The notes: generated from the sequence alone by a model not told the origin. Numbered from the stretch's first letter, positions 9,315-18,985 are shown. The stretch is 64,000 nt of DNA from a virus (IMGVR_UViG_2806310948_000001:8187-72186); one strand, 5' to 3'. Numbers and translations are program-made.

Positions 9315-11477
9315 ATGGAAAAGAGAAAATTAGCACAGATTCCAAGAGAAGAAGCCACAGACGAAATGGTCAGGTTTGCTGAAAGAGCTGCGGGCACGCA
9401 TATTGTTACAACCAGAGATATAGAAAAAGACCTTTTAATGGTGACATTCTATCCCATTGGCAAATTGAAGAAAGGAGAAAAGGGAGCTCAGTTAAGAACA
9501 TTTTTCTCCAAGAATGATTACATATCACAGGATCTGACTGCCGAAAGAGTGAAATGGCTGACTGCAGCTTTTGATCGGATGGAATGTATTCACCTGTATG
9601 AATATCACTGGGATAGAGATAAGGGGAACAGATATACCCCGAACATGTTTTTCTGGACGGATGCAGACATTGATCGTATGCGTGGATTTTTCAAAGAATG
9701 GAGTACAGAAAAAGATGTTAAAGACTGGACAGCTGTGACACGTTTTCAGGACGTGGTCAAACAGCGGCGACTGGATGAAAAACATGCCAAGGAGACAAAT
9801 CCTATTGACACAGTCATGGGAACAGTCAAGGAAATTCCGGAAGACTTCAAGAAATGGGTATCGGAAAAAGCGATGTCATTCAGCAGATATCTGGTTTACT
9901 CAACAAGATCAAAGAATGAGGCTCTGGTGCATTGCACTCATTGTAATGGGGAGACACTGGTAGACAGAACGAAAATTCGGTTAAGAAATAACGAGAAGGG
10001 GATATGCCCCCTTTGTGGAAGCCAGGTCACTATCAAGGCCAGGGGACGGATGCCGGCACATATATGGGACAAAAGGATAGTTTCATTCATTGAACCAAGA
10101 GAAGAGGGGTTTCTGTGGCGATATTTCTCGGTCCATAGAGAGGTGAAACAGGATGGAAAAACGAATGACAGTCTGCTTGAAATCGTAAGGACGTTTTACA
10201 AATTTGCACCGAACGGAACGCCATGCACCAGCAGTTATGAATACAGAGAGTATAAACAGACTGGTATTGTGCGGTGGTGTACAGATGAAGGGTACAGAGA
10301 AAGGTCATACTGTGCCTTATATCCGGGAAACCTGCCGGAAGCATGGAAAGATACTCCAATGAAATATTCAGCACTGGAGATTTTGTCAGAGAATAGACCG
10401 AGCGAACAGATACATTATGCCAATGCTATTTACAGATATCAGGAGTTTCCACAGCTTGAATGGTTTATAAAAATGGGTCTGTATAAACTGGCCGCGCATC
10501 TGATCAATAAGATTCATGACGGGGCATTTGAATATAATAGCCGGAATGGAATCAGGGGACTCAGAAAAAACGGAAAAACAATATTTGAAATACTCGGGCT
10601 CACGAAGGAGAACACACGAATTCTGCAGTCTATTGATGGGAACATTGATGAATTGAGGCTATTGCAGGAAGCGCAAAGCTCCGGATACAACCTGAAAGCG
10701 GAAGAATTGGAACGGTTCTATAAACTTTTTGGATGCAATACAACGCTGATACGGAAAGAAAACAGACATTCAACGATTCATAAGATCTGCAGATATATCG
10801 AGCGCGAAGGTTCCGATTATCGAGTAGGAGAGCGTGGAGGGTGTTGGAGATATTCTTATATGCAGTACAAAGAAAGACCGGATATCAGGGAAGAACGTTT
10901 GCAGAATTGTGCCAAGGACTGGTTGGATTATCTGGCTTGGTGTAAAGAACTGAAATATGACCTCACCAATATGTTCTTCTATTTCCCGAAGAATTTCAAA
11001 AAAGTTCATGACAGGATAGCTGCGGAATATCAGGCAGTACAAGATAAAAAGGCCGCAGAAAAGAAACGTCGGGAAGAAGAACGGATAAAGCGAGAGGCTG
11101 AGGTCATGAAAAAACTTCTGGAGGAAATGCTCAAAGAGAATGCCGGCATAGATAACGCTTTCCTGATAAAAGGAAAAGGATTGATATTGAGAGTGCCAAG
11201 AGATGCACAGGAAATCAAGAATGAAGGAGCTGCCCTTCACCATTGTGTTGGAACTTACGTTGATCGAGTGGCCAAAGGGCAGACACACATCTTCTTTGTG
11301 CGCAGAGTGGAAGAACCTGATACACCATATTTCACAATGGAATATAACAAAGGTCGAGTGATCCAGTGCAGGGGCAGTCACAACTGCGAGATGCCGTCAT
11401 CAGTAAAAACTTTTGTAGCTGCATTCGAGAAACTGATGAAAGAACGAGAAGAAAAGATAGAAAGGAAGTGCGGGTAA
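9315..11477 (+). CDS. PcfJ-domain protein
   Basis: Zn-ribbon pairs CTHC/CPLC; C-terminal DYL..C..L.YD...FP..F...HD and EG..LHHCVG.Y motifs. Confidence 0.85.
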   Translation: MEKRKLAQIPREEATDEMVRFAERAAGTHIVTTRDIEKDLLMVTFYPIGKLKKGEKGAQLRTFFSKNDYISQDLTAERVKWLTAAFDRMECIHLYEYHWDRDKGNRYTPNMFFWTDADIDRMRGFFKEWSTEKDVKDWTAVTRFQDVVKQRRLDEKHAKETNPIDTVMGTVKEIPEDFKKWVSEKAMSFSRYLVYSTRSKNEALVHCTHCNGETLVDRTKIRLRNNEKGICPLCGSQVTIKARGRMPAHIWDKRIVSFIEPREEGFLWRYFSVHREVKQDGKTNDSLLEIVRTFYKFAPNGTPCTSSYEYREYKQTGIVRWCTDEGYRERSYCALYPGNLPEAWKDTPMKYSALEILSENRPSEQIHYANAIYRYQEFPQLEWFIKMGLYKLAAHLINKIHDGAFEYNSRNGIRGLRKNGKTIFEILGLTKENTRILQSIDGNIDELRLLQEAQSSGYNLKAEELERFYKLFGCNTTLIRKENRHSTIHKICRYIEREGSDYRVGERGGCWRYSYMQYKERPDIREERLQNCAKDWLDYLAWCKELKYDLTNMFFYFPKNFKKVHDRIAAEYQAVQDKKAAEKKRREEERIKREAEVMKKLLEEMLKENAGIDNAFLIKGKGLILRVPRDAQEIKNEGAALHHCVGTYVDRVAKGQTHIFFVRRVEEPDTPYFTMEYNKGRVIQCRGSHNCEMPSSVKTFVAAFEKLMKEREEKIERKCG

Positions 11478-11671
11478 TGGCTAAGCAGATCATAAGGAGC
11501 ATTCGTAAAGGCTCGGTACAGTGGAATGAAGAAGACAGACTGCAGATGGTTTCAATGCTGGCGAAAGCAGGATATGCGGTTCAGATCGTAAGAAAAGAGA
11601 TTCCAAGCAGTGAAACTAGAAAGACAACGCAGTATGAATATGTGATCGAATATGGAGAGAGGGTGGAGTAA
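11477..11671 (+). CDS. Hypothetical phage protein
   Basis: ATG overlaps PcfJ stop; 64 aa. Confidence 0.6.
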   Translation: MAKQIIRSIRKGSVQWNEEDRLQMVSMLAKAGYAVQIVRKEIPSSETRKTTQYEYVIEYGERVE

Positions 11672-11895
11672 TGATCGCTATGAAACCTGTATCAAAAACA
11701 GGAATTGTTATTCGATACAATTTCGTGAAGTTGGAACATGAATACCATTATTGCCCGGTTTGCGGTGGTGCGTTGAATGCTGGACCAGATTACTACCCTG
11801 ATTTTTGTGAGAAGTGCGGACAGGCACTTGATTTTTCCGGAACAGAATGGAAAGAAGATAGACAGATCGGGTTCGTAGAGCCAGAAGCCGTGTAA
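11671..11895 (+). CDS. Small Zn-ribbon protein
   Basis: CPVC...FCEKCGQALD. Confidence 0.65.
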   Translation: MIAMKPVSKTGIVIRYNFVKLEHEYHYCPVCGGALNAGPDYYPDFCEKCGQALDFSGTEWKEDRQIGFVEPEAV

Positions 11896-11908
11896 GAAAG
11901 GAGATAGA

Positions 11909-12181
11909 ATGACTAAGAAAAGTTGTAGAAGAACAATGGATGAAAATAAAATCCACGAGAAAGCAGTAAAAATGAGAAAAAAGACAGATGAACAGCTGGT
12001 TCATTATGTGGAAGACAGAGTGGAGAAAGCCAGAAGTGAAGGATTCAACGAAGGCAAGGCTTTAGCTAAAAATACAGCAAAGGAGTTTATTGTATTGCTT
12101 CAGCAGAATAAGATTCCGGGAATCGGAGCAGTAACGATCAATAAACTGGTGAAAGTGGCAGGTGAGCATGGATACTTATAA
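11909..12181 (+). CDS. Hypothetical phage protein
   Basis: AAGGAG RBS; coupled to next gene. Confidence 0.6.
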   Translation: MTKKSCRRTMDENKIHEKAVKMRKKTDEQLVHYVEDRVEKARSEGFNEGKALAKNTAKEFIVLLQQNKIPGIGAVTINKLVKVAGEHGYL

Positions 12182-12719
12182 TCGTTCAATCAGAGGGCTT
12201 AAAAGCAGATCAAACGGCGAATATTTTGAAAGAATGATTATTGCAGCTTCCCGGTTCTATGAGGACCGGGGGATAGCTGTTATAGATAAAACCCCTGAAG
12301 CTTTTAAAGTGATCAAGCCGTATAACAGAGACAGAGGCCAGTTCATATGTTGTTTTACACAACAGGCTCAACCGGATTTTAAAGGTGCCCTGATGGACTC
12401 TACAATGGTTCTGTTTGATGCGAAACATACAGATAAAGGCCAGATCAGTCGGAATGTTGTGACAGAAGAGCAGGAGGAATGCTTTGAACGTTACATGAAG
12501 ATGGGGGCCATGTGCTTCTTGGTAATATCCCTCGAATTCGAGGAGTTTTACAGAGTTCCATGGATCGTATTCAGAGACATGAAAAAAATCTACGGACATA
12601 AGTATATGAATCGTGAGGAACTGGCGCCTTATAGAGTTAAATATAACAACGGAGTTGTGAAATATCTGGACGGGATAACACTCCGGGAAAGGAACGAAGA
12701 TGAAAGTACAGAAGTATGA
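12162..12719 (+). CDS. recU: RecU-type Holliday junction resolvase
   Basis: NGEYFE...IDKTPE...QPDFKG...FDAKHT pattern. Confidence 0.85.
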   Translation: MSMDTYNRSIRGLKSRSNGEYFERMIIAASRFYEDRGIAVIDKTPEAFKVIKPYNRDRGQFICCFTQQAQPDFKGALMDSTMVLFDAKHTDKGQISRNVVTEEQEECFERYMKMGAMCFLVISLEFEEFYRVPWIVFRDMKKIYGHKYMNREELAPYRVKYNNGVVKYLDGITLRERNEDESTEV

Positions 12720-13764
12720 GATTTCCAGAACTATTGATAAATTGAAAAGCATTGTGCAGAAGAACGACCAGTTTCCAGCATTAGGAGGCGTTCTGGTAAA
12801 AGACGGGTATTTAACCGCATCAAATACAGAAATGACCATGCAGCTCAAATTAGAGGCCTCTAAAGGCAGTTATTTCATCATTCCTATGAAAGCCTTTGAT
12901 GTAATTAAAAATCTTCCGGACGGAGAAGTAGATATTGATACAGAGGGCGAAAACATTGTCGTGATCAAGACAAAGGCAATAAAAAATAAATATCAGAGTT
13001 ATCCCCCGGAAGATTTCAGCTTTGATATTACGGAAAATCCGGATGCTTCGGGAGTTGTAATCAATGGCAAAAGTTTGATGGAGGCAATCGGCCATGTTAT
13101 TTATGCAGCTGCAGACAGTAGCTCCTCAACACAAATGATGGGAGTGTATTTTGAAGGCGGAGAGAACAAGATTAAGCTGGTAGCACTTGACGGACATGTC
13201 GTAGCAGTTGATTCGATACCGACTGACGGTACCGCAGATATGAAGCTGATAGTGCCTAAAACAGTGGCAAAGAAGCTTGTGTCAATGGGAATTATTGATG
13301 ATGTTGCTGTTACATATACAAAAAATAGAGCGGTATTCAAATCAAAAGAATATACCATTTACACGAGGTTAATAGAGGGTAAGTATTTTGATTACAATAG
13401 ATTTTTCATGGCGGGAAAGATGAAAACTTATGTTTCCAGACTGGAATTAGTTGCGGCAATGACCAGAGCAAAGATGTGTACGGAAGAAAAGAAACCTGCA
13501 GTCTTCGAAATGAACGAAGATCAGTTAAATATTCGCATTGCCGACAGACTTACGGATTATCAGGAAGAGATGAAGCTTCAGGATCCGCTTCCTGAACCAT
13601 TGAAAATTGGCTTCGATTCGAAGCTGGTTCTTGAAACACTGAAAGCATTCACTTGTGAAAATATAGCTATGAATTTTTCAGGGCCTAAGATGCCGGCAGT
13701 TGTTGAAGCGGAAGACAGTGACATGAAAGCTATCGTGCTTCCAGTAATGATAAGAGAGGAATAA
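12700..13764 (+). CDS. dnaN: Phage-encoded DNA polymerase III beta (sliding clamp) homologue
   Basis: 354 aa; LTASNTEM, VALDGH, RLIEGKYFDY, IGFDSK and C-terminal IVLPV match the clamp pattern. Confidence 0.85.
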   Translation: MKVQKYEISRTIDKLKSIVQKNDQFPALGGVLVKDGYLTASNTEMTMQLKLEASKGSYFIIPMKAFDVIKNLPDGEVDIDTEGENIVVIKTKAIKNKYQSYPPEDFSFDITENPDASGVVINGKSLMEAIGHVIYAAADSSSSTQMMGVYFEGGENKIKLVALDGHVVAVDSIPTDGTADMKLIVPKTVAKKLVSMGIIDDVAVTYTKNRAVFKSKEYTIYTRLIEGKYFDYNRFFMAGKMKTYVSRLELVAAMTRAKMCTEEKKPAVFEMNEDQLNIRIADRLTDYQEEMKLQDPLPEPLKIGFDSKLVLETLKAFTCENIAMNFSGPKMPAVVEAEDSDMKAIVLPVMIREE

Positions 13765-13769
13765 AAACT

Positions 13770-13973
13770 ATGATTGAGATCTTGGATATGAAAGATGTAA
13801 AAGATGCAACACCAGAAGAACTGGAAGAGCTTCGTCGGAAAGGATTCCTTCCGAAAGCCAGATCCAAAAGAATTTCTGGGAAACCACTTACTCCATATGA
13901 AAGAACCAGAGCACAGGTGGCTGCTACCGGGAATAGATGGGCAATGGAGAACTTCTACGCCACACACAGCTGA
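13770..13973 (+). CDS. Hypothetical phage protein
   Basis: ORF in operon; ERTRAQVAATGNRWAMENF pattern. Confidence 0.6.
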   Translation: MIEILDMKDVKDATPEELEELRRKGFLPKARSKRISGKPLTPYERTRAQVAATGNRWAMENFYATHS

Positions 13974-13986
13974 AAGGTGATGCATT

Positions 13987-14238
13987 ATGGCGAATTTATA
14001 TAATTTGTGCAGAAAGGACGGGACAGTGATGGAATACTCCATCACTGCATCCGACATAGCAAAGCGAATTGGATGCGATCGACAGGATATCTATTCTTCG
14101 GCAAGCTATGGGCTCCTGATCAAGAAAGAGTATTATGTAGAAATTACAGACCGTCCGTTGAGCTGGAAGAAAGATATTGATCTGCTGACAGAATATGATA
14201 ATGTTCGGAAAAAGTTTCTTAGGAGGTGCGGAAAGTGA
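13987..14238 (+). CDS. Hypothetical protein, possible HTH
   Basis: TASDIAKRIGCDRQDIY HTH-like segment. Confidence 0.55.
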   Translation: MANLYNLCRKDGTVMEYSITASDIAKRIGCDRQDIYSSASYGLLIKKEYYVEITDRPLSWKKDIDLLTEYDNVRKKFLRRCGK

Positions 14239-14459
14239 AAATATATAAAGCAGTGCATGAGAGAGAAAACAAGTGCAAGGAACTTCACAAGGAGATGAAT
14301 CTGAATGTGGGGCCGACTCGTTTGGTTCAACCGGATTTCTATTTACTGGTTGATGTTGATGATATCCAGAGACAGATGAATGCTTTGGAAAATGAGGTTC
14401 ACCGTATAAAAAGAGCAGAAGTGAGAAGGAGATGGCGTTATGGAAGAAAAAAATATTAA
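14226..14459 (+). CDS. Hypothetical phage protein
   Basis: Overlapping ORF in the early operon. Confidence 0.5.
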   Translation: MRKVKIYKAVHERENKCKELHKEMNLNVGPTRLVQPDFYLLVDVDDIQRQMNALENEVHRIKRAEVRRRWRYGRKKY

Positions 14460-14886
14460 GATAACAATTAATGTTGAATGCTCGGAAAAATCTAGTGTAA
14501 AAAAAGAACAGATTGCTGGATATCTGCTGAGAGCTATTGCGGGAGTAACTGCAAACAATAAATGCCTTATTACAAATTATGTATGTGAAATAAATGAGAA
14601 AAATGATGATAAGTTACAGGAGAAATATATTACAGGAAAACCTAAACTTACAAAAGACGAAAAGAGTTTCCTTGACGGACTGGATCCTTCGTGGAGTTAC
14701 ATGCTGAGAAATGGAAAAGGGCAACTATATCTTGCCAGAAAAGTTGAGTCTATGTACGGAAGTAACTTCAAATATTTGTATTTAGAGGGCATAACAAATG
14801 CAAAGTTTGATTTTGTTGAAGCAGAAGGCGAAAGTTGGTTTATTGACGATTTGAGAAAATTGGAGGTAAAAGATGAGGCTGATTGA
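14440..14886 (+). CDS. Hypothetical phage protein
   Basis: Overlapping ORF with RBS. Confidence 0.55.
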   Translation: MEEKNIKITINVECSEKSSVKKEQIAGYLLRAIAGVTANNKCLITNYVCEINEKNDDKLQEKYITGKPKLTKDEKSFLDGLDPSWSYMLRNGKGQLYLARKVESMYGSNFKYLYLEGITNAKFDFVEAEGESWFIDDLRKLEVKDEAD

Positions 14887-15178
14887 TGCAGATAAATTGA
14901 TATTACATTTAAACGATTATGCCCTGCAAGAATCTCCAAGCGATGTAGAGTCTGCTGGGGACAGAAAAGTTTCAAGGGCAGTATATAAAGCAATAACGGA
15001 TTGTATTAGAGCTGTGGACGAGCAGCCGACAGCTTTTGATTTGGACAAGGTTGTGGAGCAGTTGAAAACAAAAAAGACAAGAACTGCTGCATTACAGAAA
15101 GCATCGGAGTATTTCGAGGGTGAAACTGATGCGTTTGAAGTTGCAATCAAAATCGTGAAAGGCGGTGGAGTTGAATGA
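14873..15178 (+). CDS. Hypothetical phage protein (MRLIDAD-type)
   Basis: MRLIDADKL start and EQPTAFDLDKVVEQL, common in Firmicute phage early regions. Confidence 0.65.
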   Translation: MRLIDADKLILHLNDYALQESPSDVESAGDRKVSRAVYKAITDCIRAVDEQPTAFDLDKVVEQLKTKKTRTAALQKASEYFEGETDAFEVAIKIVKGGGVE

Positions 15179-15459
15179 AATATCCGGAAGAAATGTATAT
15201 TGATAGTCAGATATTTGCAGGTGATATGGATGGTTCGGAATCAAATCTGACAGAAAAAGTCGTAAAAATAAGGAATTCTCGTTTATGCTGCGTATGTGAA
15301 AAACAGGTACCTAAAGGCGAAAGAATGTTGAATCAAAAAGCAATAGTAGAAGGACAAGGTTGGCGCAGTTGCTATATCTGCTTACCATGTGTTGAAAATT
15401 GGTTAGAAGAATCAGGACAAGTAGAGGATGGTGGAGTTAATGAGAGAAATTCTTTTTAA
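15175..15459 (+). CDS. Zn-finger hypothetical protein
   Basis: CCVC...CLPC. Confidence 0.6.
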   Translation: MKYPEEMYIDSQIFAGDMDGSESNLTEKVVKIRNSRLCCVCEKQVPKGERMLNQKAIVEGQGWRSCYICLPCVENWLEESGQVEDGGVNERNSF

Positions 15460-15922
15460 GGGAAAGAAAAAAGATAACGGTGAATGGATAGAGGGATACC
15501 TGATGGATGGTGGAATGCCGGGAGAAAAGCGAATATTCATAGGGAAATTGGTAATAGGCAAATGGACCGTTATGGCGGATGAATTTGACGAAGTTGATCC
15601 GGATACAATATGCGAGTACACAGGATTAACAGATAAGAACGGCAAGAAAATCTGGGAGAATGATATTTTGATGTGTCATGGAAATTCAGAAGACCTTGTA
15701 AAAACGGTATTTGGAGAATTTGGTGTAAGAAATATTGAAACCGGGTCCATAGTAGATAAAGTTGTCGGATGGCATTATGAGATTATTCCGACAGACACAA
15801 TCAGCAGATGTGAACCATTCTGCTATTCAATGCCACTGACCAAAGATTATATCGACAGGTGCGAAATGGAAGTAGTTGGAAGCATTTTTGACAATCCAGA
15901 ATTAGTGCAAGGAAGCTTATGA
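15440..15922 (+). CDS. YopX-family protein
   Basis: MREILFKGK, EYTGLTDKNGKKIWENDI, EVVGSIFDNPEL. Confidence 0.85.
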   Translation: MREILFKGKKKDNGEWIEGYLMDGGMPGEKRIFIGKLVIGKWTVMADEFDEVDPDTICEYTGLTDKNGKKIWENDILMCHGNSEDLVKTVFGEFGVRNIETGSIVDKVVGWHYEIIPTDTISRCEPFCYSMPLTKDYIDRCEMEVVGSIFDNPELVQGSL

Positions 15923-16164
15923 GCCGAGATGATTATGCTTTTCACTGCGCAGGATGCCGTTGTAATCATTGTGCAAACAATGTGGAAACAGGAGATAACT
16001 GTGCAGGGGAAGCGATAAAAGCCTGCTTCGTCTGTGACGAATGTAATTGGTATGATGGGAACTTTAAAAATAGAGATATGACATGTAGGCAGTGCGAAGA
16101 TTATATTGTAACAAATCAACATGCTGAGCATTTAAGAAAAAGGATAAAGGTGATAAAAAGATGA
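15919..16164 (+). CDS. Small Cys-rich hypothetical protein
   Basis: Several CxxC pairs. Confidence 0.6.
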   Translation: MSRDDYAFHCAGCRCNHCANNVETGDNCAGEAIKACFVCDECNWYDGNFKNRDMTCRQCEDYIVTNQHAEHLRKRIKVIKR

Positions 16165-16496
16165 AAAAACAGTGGAATTATGTTGAAAAAGACGGAAACC
16201 CGAAAAAGGCAGGGCTGTACTGGGTGACGCTTATTTATCCAGAGAGAAAAGATGGTAAAAAGACAGGAAAATTTATGGCTGAGGTTGATACCAGATATTT
16301 CGCAGATTTGGACAAAGAGCCAGATTTAAGAGGCTTGACCATGGACGGAGAACCAGATAGCGGTTTCGCATGGACAGAAGAATGCGGAAGTATTTCAGGA
16401 GAAAGAGTGCATGCTTGGATGCCTATGGAAGATATTAGAATTGCTGAGTTGCCGGAGGGAGTTGAAAACCGAAATTTTGAATCTATGGAGGTATAA
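16161..16496 (+). CDS. Hypothetical phage protein (DUF551-like)
   Basis: W...P...G.Y.VT and C-terminal VHAWMP. Confidence 0.55.
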   Translation: MKKQWNYVEKDGNPKKAGLYWVTLIYPERKDGKKTGKFMAEVDTRYFADLDKEPDLRGLTMDGEPDSGFAWTEECGSISGERVHAWMPMEDIRIAELPEGVENRNFESMEV

Positions 16497-16498
16497 GC

Positions 16499-17050
16499 GT
16501 GACAAGAGCAGAAACAACCAAGTTCCTTGGACAGTTGCTTATAAGTACCCGGTTTAACGGCGCTGGGAAGCACTGGGCCAGCGAGGTAAGTATTGATCCG
16601 TGGGGAAGAGACGCGAAAAGAGTTGATTACATGCAGTTTTCACCAGCTGACCAGTGCTCTATATCCGGGATAGAAAAAGGCATATTTACATGTTATGAGG
16701 TAAAAAGCTGCAAAGAGGATGTTTATAGTGGGAACGGTCTCAACTTCCTGGGTGAGAAAAACTATATTGTAACCACTATGGAGTGTTACAAGGATATTTT
16801 ACCGGACTTTCGGAGTGGGAAACTTGCTAAGCATATGCGTGATCAGTTTCCGGAATCCTCCAATTATTTTGGAGTGATGGTTGCAATACCATACTGGGCA
16901 GAAATTACAGATGAATTCGAGAATCCTACACCGATAGATGGAAACACAGAGAGGAGTTGGAAGCTGGCGGCTATTTTATCATGCAGGCAGGGACCAAGAA
17001 AGAGATCTATGTCGGAATTATTATTTTGTATGTTGCGGAGCGGTCATTAA
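16499..17050 (+). CDS. PD-(D/E)xK nuclease-like hypothetical protein
   Basis: SEV...RVDY...CYEVKS motif spacing. Confidence 0.55.
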   Translation: MTRAETTKFLGQLLISTRFNGAGKHWASEVSIDPWGRDAKRVDYMQFSPADQCSISGIEKGIFTCYEVKSCKEDVYSGNGLNFLGEKNYIVTTMECYKDILPDFRSGKLAKHMRDQFPESSNYFGVMVAIPYWAEITDEFENPTPIDGNTERSWKLAAILSCRQGPRKRSMSELLFCMLRSGH

Positions 17051-17062
17051 GGAGGATGAAAA

Positions 17063-17377
17063 ATGAAAAAATTTAAAGAAAAACGCATGGCAAGTTATGT
17101 GTTCAGAAGCAATGAACTGATTCAGGAAGGCAAAACAAAAGAAGCTGCAGAGCTAATTGGAAAAGGCTTAGGTTATTATAGTTCAAACATTATTCATGCC
17201 ATTACGCCTTATGCAACCGCGGATGCAGGACTTATATCTACTGTTTTATGTCATTTAGCATCAGAAATCGAAGAAAAGAATTCTGGGGCAAAAGAAATGC
17301 GAGAATGGGCAGAAACTCATGTCGAAAAGCCGGAACTCAAAGAGATAAAGAGAATTAAGAAACCTAATTGTAAATAA
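17063..17377 (+). CDS. Hypothetical phage protein
   Basis: AAGGAGG RBS. Confidence 0.6.
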   Translation: MKKFKEKRMASYVFRSNELIQEGKTKEAAELIGKGLGYYSSNIIHAITPYATADAGLISTVLCHLASEIEEKNSGAKEMREWAETHVEKPELKEIKRIKKPNCK

Positions 17378-17452
17378 GAAAAATATTCGATTGGAGTGAA
17401 AAGATGTTTGATATCGAAAAGGCAAGAGAAAAAAAGGAGAGGAGTAAAATAA

Positions 17453-17806
17453 ATGAAGGAAGTTATATTTTACTTATGTGGAATCTTTAGCTGTATGATC
17501 GTATGGTTTTTATGGGCTGTTATAGCTTCTAAAAAGGCCAAGGAAGCTCCTTTGAAGGAGTATGCAAGGATTCATACTGATATCGAAAAAGCTATCAGAG
17601 AGAATGAAGAACAGATTGTGATAGCTAAAAAATATCAGGTGGTTGAAGATCAGGTGATTGACCAGATGATTCTTCAATGGAAGATAGAGTACCTGCAGAG
17701 CCAGAGAGCATGGCTGTTTACATTACTTGGCGGAAAGATGGAGGATTCGTATGTACAGCAAATGTCAGAAATGCGGAAGGAAACTGACGGATCCGGAAAG
17801 CATTGA
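17453..17806 (+). CDS. Hypothetical membrane-anchored coiled-coil protein
   Basis: One N-terminal hydrophobic helix. Confidence 0.55.
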   Translation: MKEVIFYLCGIFSCMIVWFLWAVIASKKAKEAPLKEYARIHTDIEKAIRENEEQIVIAKKYQVVEDQVIDQMILQWKIEYLQSQRAWLFTLLGGKMEDSYVQQMSEMRKETDGSGKH

Positions 17807-17951
17807 GAGAGGATATGGACCAGAATGCTGGGGAAGTATCTTGCCTCATTATTCTATTGAACAGGAGGAACCGGAAGAATCTATTCCAGGCCAAATGACT
17901 ATAGAAGATTTCTTGGGAGGTTTAAAAAATGGAGAAAAGGATATGTCCTGA
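17751..17951 (+). CDS. DUF6011-like Zn-finger protein
   Basis: CQKCGRKLTDPESIERGYGPEC. Confidence 0.75.
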   Translation: MYSKCQKCGRKLTDPESIERGYGPECWGSILPHYSIEQEEPEESIPGQMTIEDFLGGLKNGEKDMS

Positions 17952-18138
17952 ATGTGGGAAAGAGTATAGTTCTCACCCGGCATTATCAAGAAAAGATAAC
18001 AAAACAATGATATGTCCTAAATGCGGGATGATGGAAGCACTTGATGCAGTGCGAGATTTCTACGCTCCGGGAATGACAGATCAGCAATGGAAGCAATATA
18101 AAGAGGGGTACATGCTTAAATACATAAAGGAGAATTGA
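17929..18138 (+). CDS. Small Zn-ribbon protein
   Basis: CPECGKEY...ALSRKDNKTMICPKC. Confidence 0.65.
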   Translation: MEKRICPECGKEYSSHPALSRKDNKTMICPKCGMMEALDAVRDFYAPGMTDQQWKQYKEGYMLKYIKEN

Positions 18139-18139
18139 T

Positions 18140-18370
18140 ATGGATAAAAGTTTATATAATGCAAGCGGATGTAAGGATAGAACAGCACATGATGCGATCT
18201 GTGCAGCGGATAGAACCCGAACATTAGTGTACAGGGCAAGCAGGACAAAAAAGGATGAGGAAGCAGAACTGTTTGTGAAGATGGTAAAAAGACTTGCAAA
18301 AGGATTTGGGTTCAAACTCTGTGACAGAATCAAATTCGAGGATCCTGAGACTGGAAAGAAATATGTGTGA
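18140..18370 (+). CDS. Hypothetical phage protein
   Basis: NASGCKDRTAHDAI pattern; RBS. Confidence 0.6.
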   Translation: MDKSLYNASGCKDRTAHDAICAADRTRTLVYRASRTKKDEEAELFVKMVKRLAKGFGFKLCDRIKFEDPETGKKYV

Positions 18371-18378
18371 GGTATGGC

Positions 18379-18951
18379 ATGGATACAGAGAAAAAAGTAC
18401 AATTCGTAGCACTGACAAAAGAGGAAATTGATGCAATGATTCAGCAGGCTGCTCTTGCCGGAGCACAGGTTGCGTCTGATGCAATGATGGTAGGGCAGAG
18501 AAAAAGCGAGAAGGAGAAGATTGATCGTCGTTTGCATAACACTGATTTGCTCCTTAGAAATTACAGAACTTTAAAGGCGAGCTACGAAAATGCCGTCTAC
18601 AAGTCCAAGGAAGGGGAGGTTACAGAGGTACTGGAAGACATCATGACCATGAAAGATGATAAGGTCATAGTAGAGAGCATCAAAACTTCGGCCAAAAGAA
18701 CCGCTATCATGGTACAGCATATTGACAAAATGCTTGATGTATACCGTATCTATTGTAGCAAATTATCGGAAAAAGATAAGAGACGCTATAAGATTATTAA
18801 AGCCCTTTACATATCAAAGACGCCAATGACAATTGCAGAAATTTCAAAAAAATTTTCGGTCAGCAAGGTCACTGTATATGAAGATATCAAAATTGCGAAA
18901 GAGCGTTTATCTTCGCTGTTTTTCGGGATTGACGGACTGAGATTTTTTTGA
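18379..18951 (+). CDS. Putative late transcriptional activator (ArpU/RinA/sigma region 4-like)
   Basis: Last gene of early operon; C-terminal HTH TIAEISKKFSVSKVTVYEDIKIA. Confidence 0.75.
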   Translation: MDTEKKVQFVALTKEEIDAMIQQAALAGAQVASDAMMVGQRKSEKEKIDRRLHNTDLLLRNYRTLKASYENAVYKSKEGEVTEVLEDIMTMKDDKVIVESIKTSAKRTAIMVQHIDKMLDVYRIYCSKLSEKDKRRYKIIKALYISKTPMTIAEISKKFSVSKVTVYEDIKIAKERLSSLFFGIDGLRFF

Positions 18952-18985
18952 AAAATAGAAAATATCGAAAAGCGTTAACTTAACA

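Noticed and set aside
15919-16164. Small Cys-rich early protein as another rSAM substrate
   Set aside because: CxxC pairs with bulky neighbours fit a Zn finger, not the C-X3 small-residue periodicity, and it is 30 kb from the maturase
17400-17450. Third copy of the AATATCGAAAA motif (GATATCGAAAAGG)
   Set aside because: Only a partial match, inside what looks like a short gene remnant (MFDIEKAREK); likely chance
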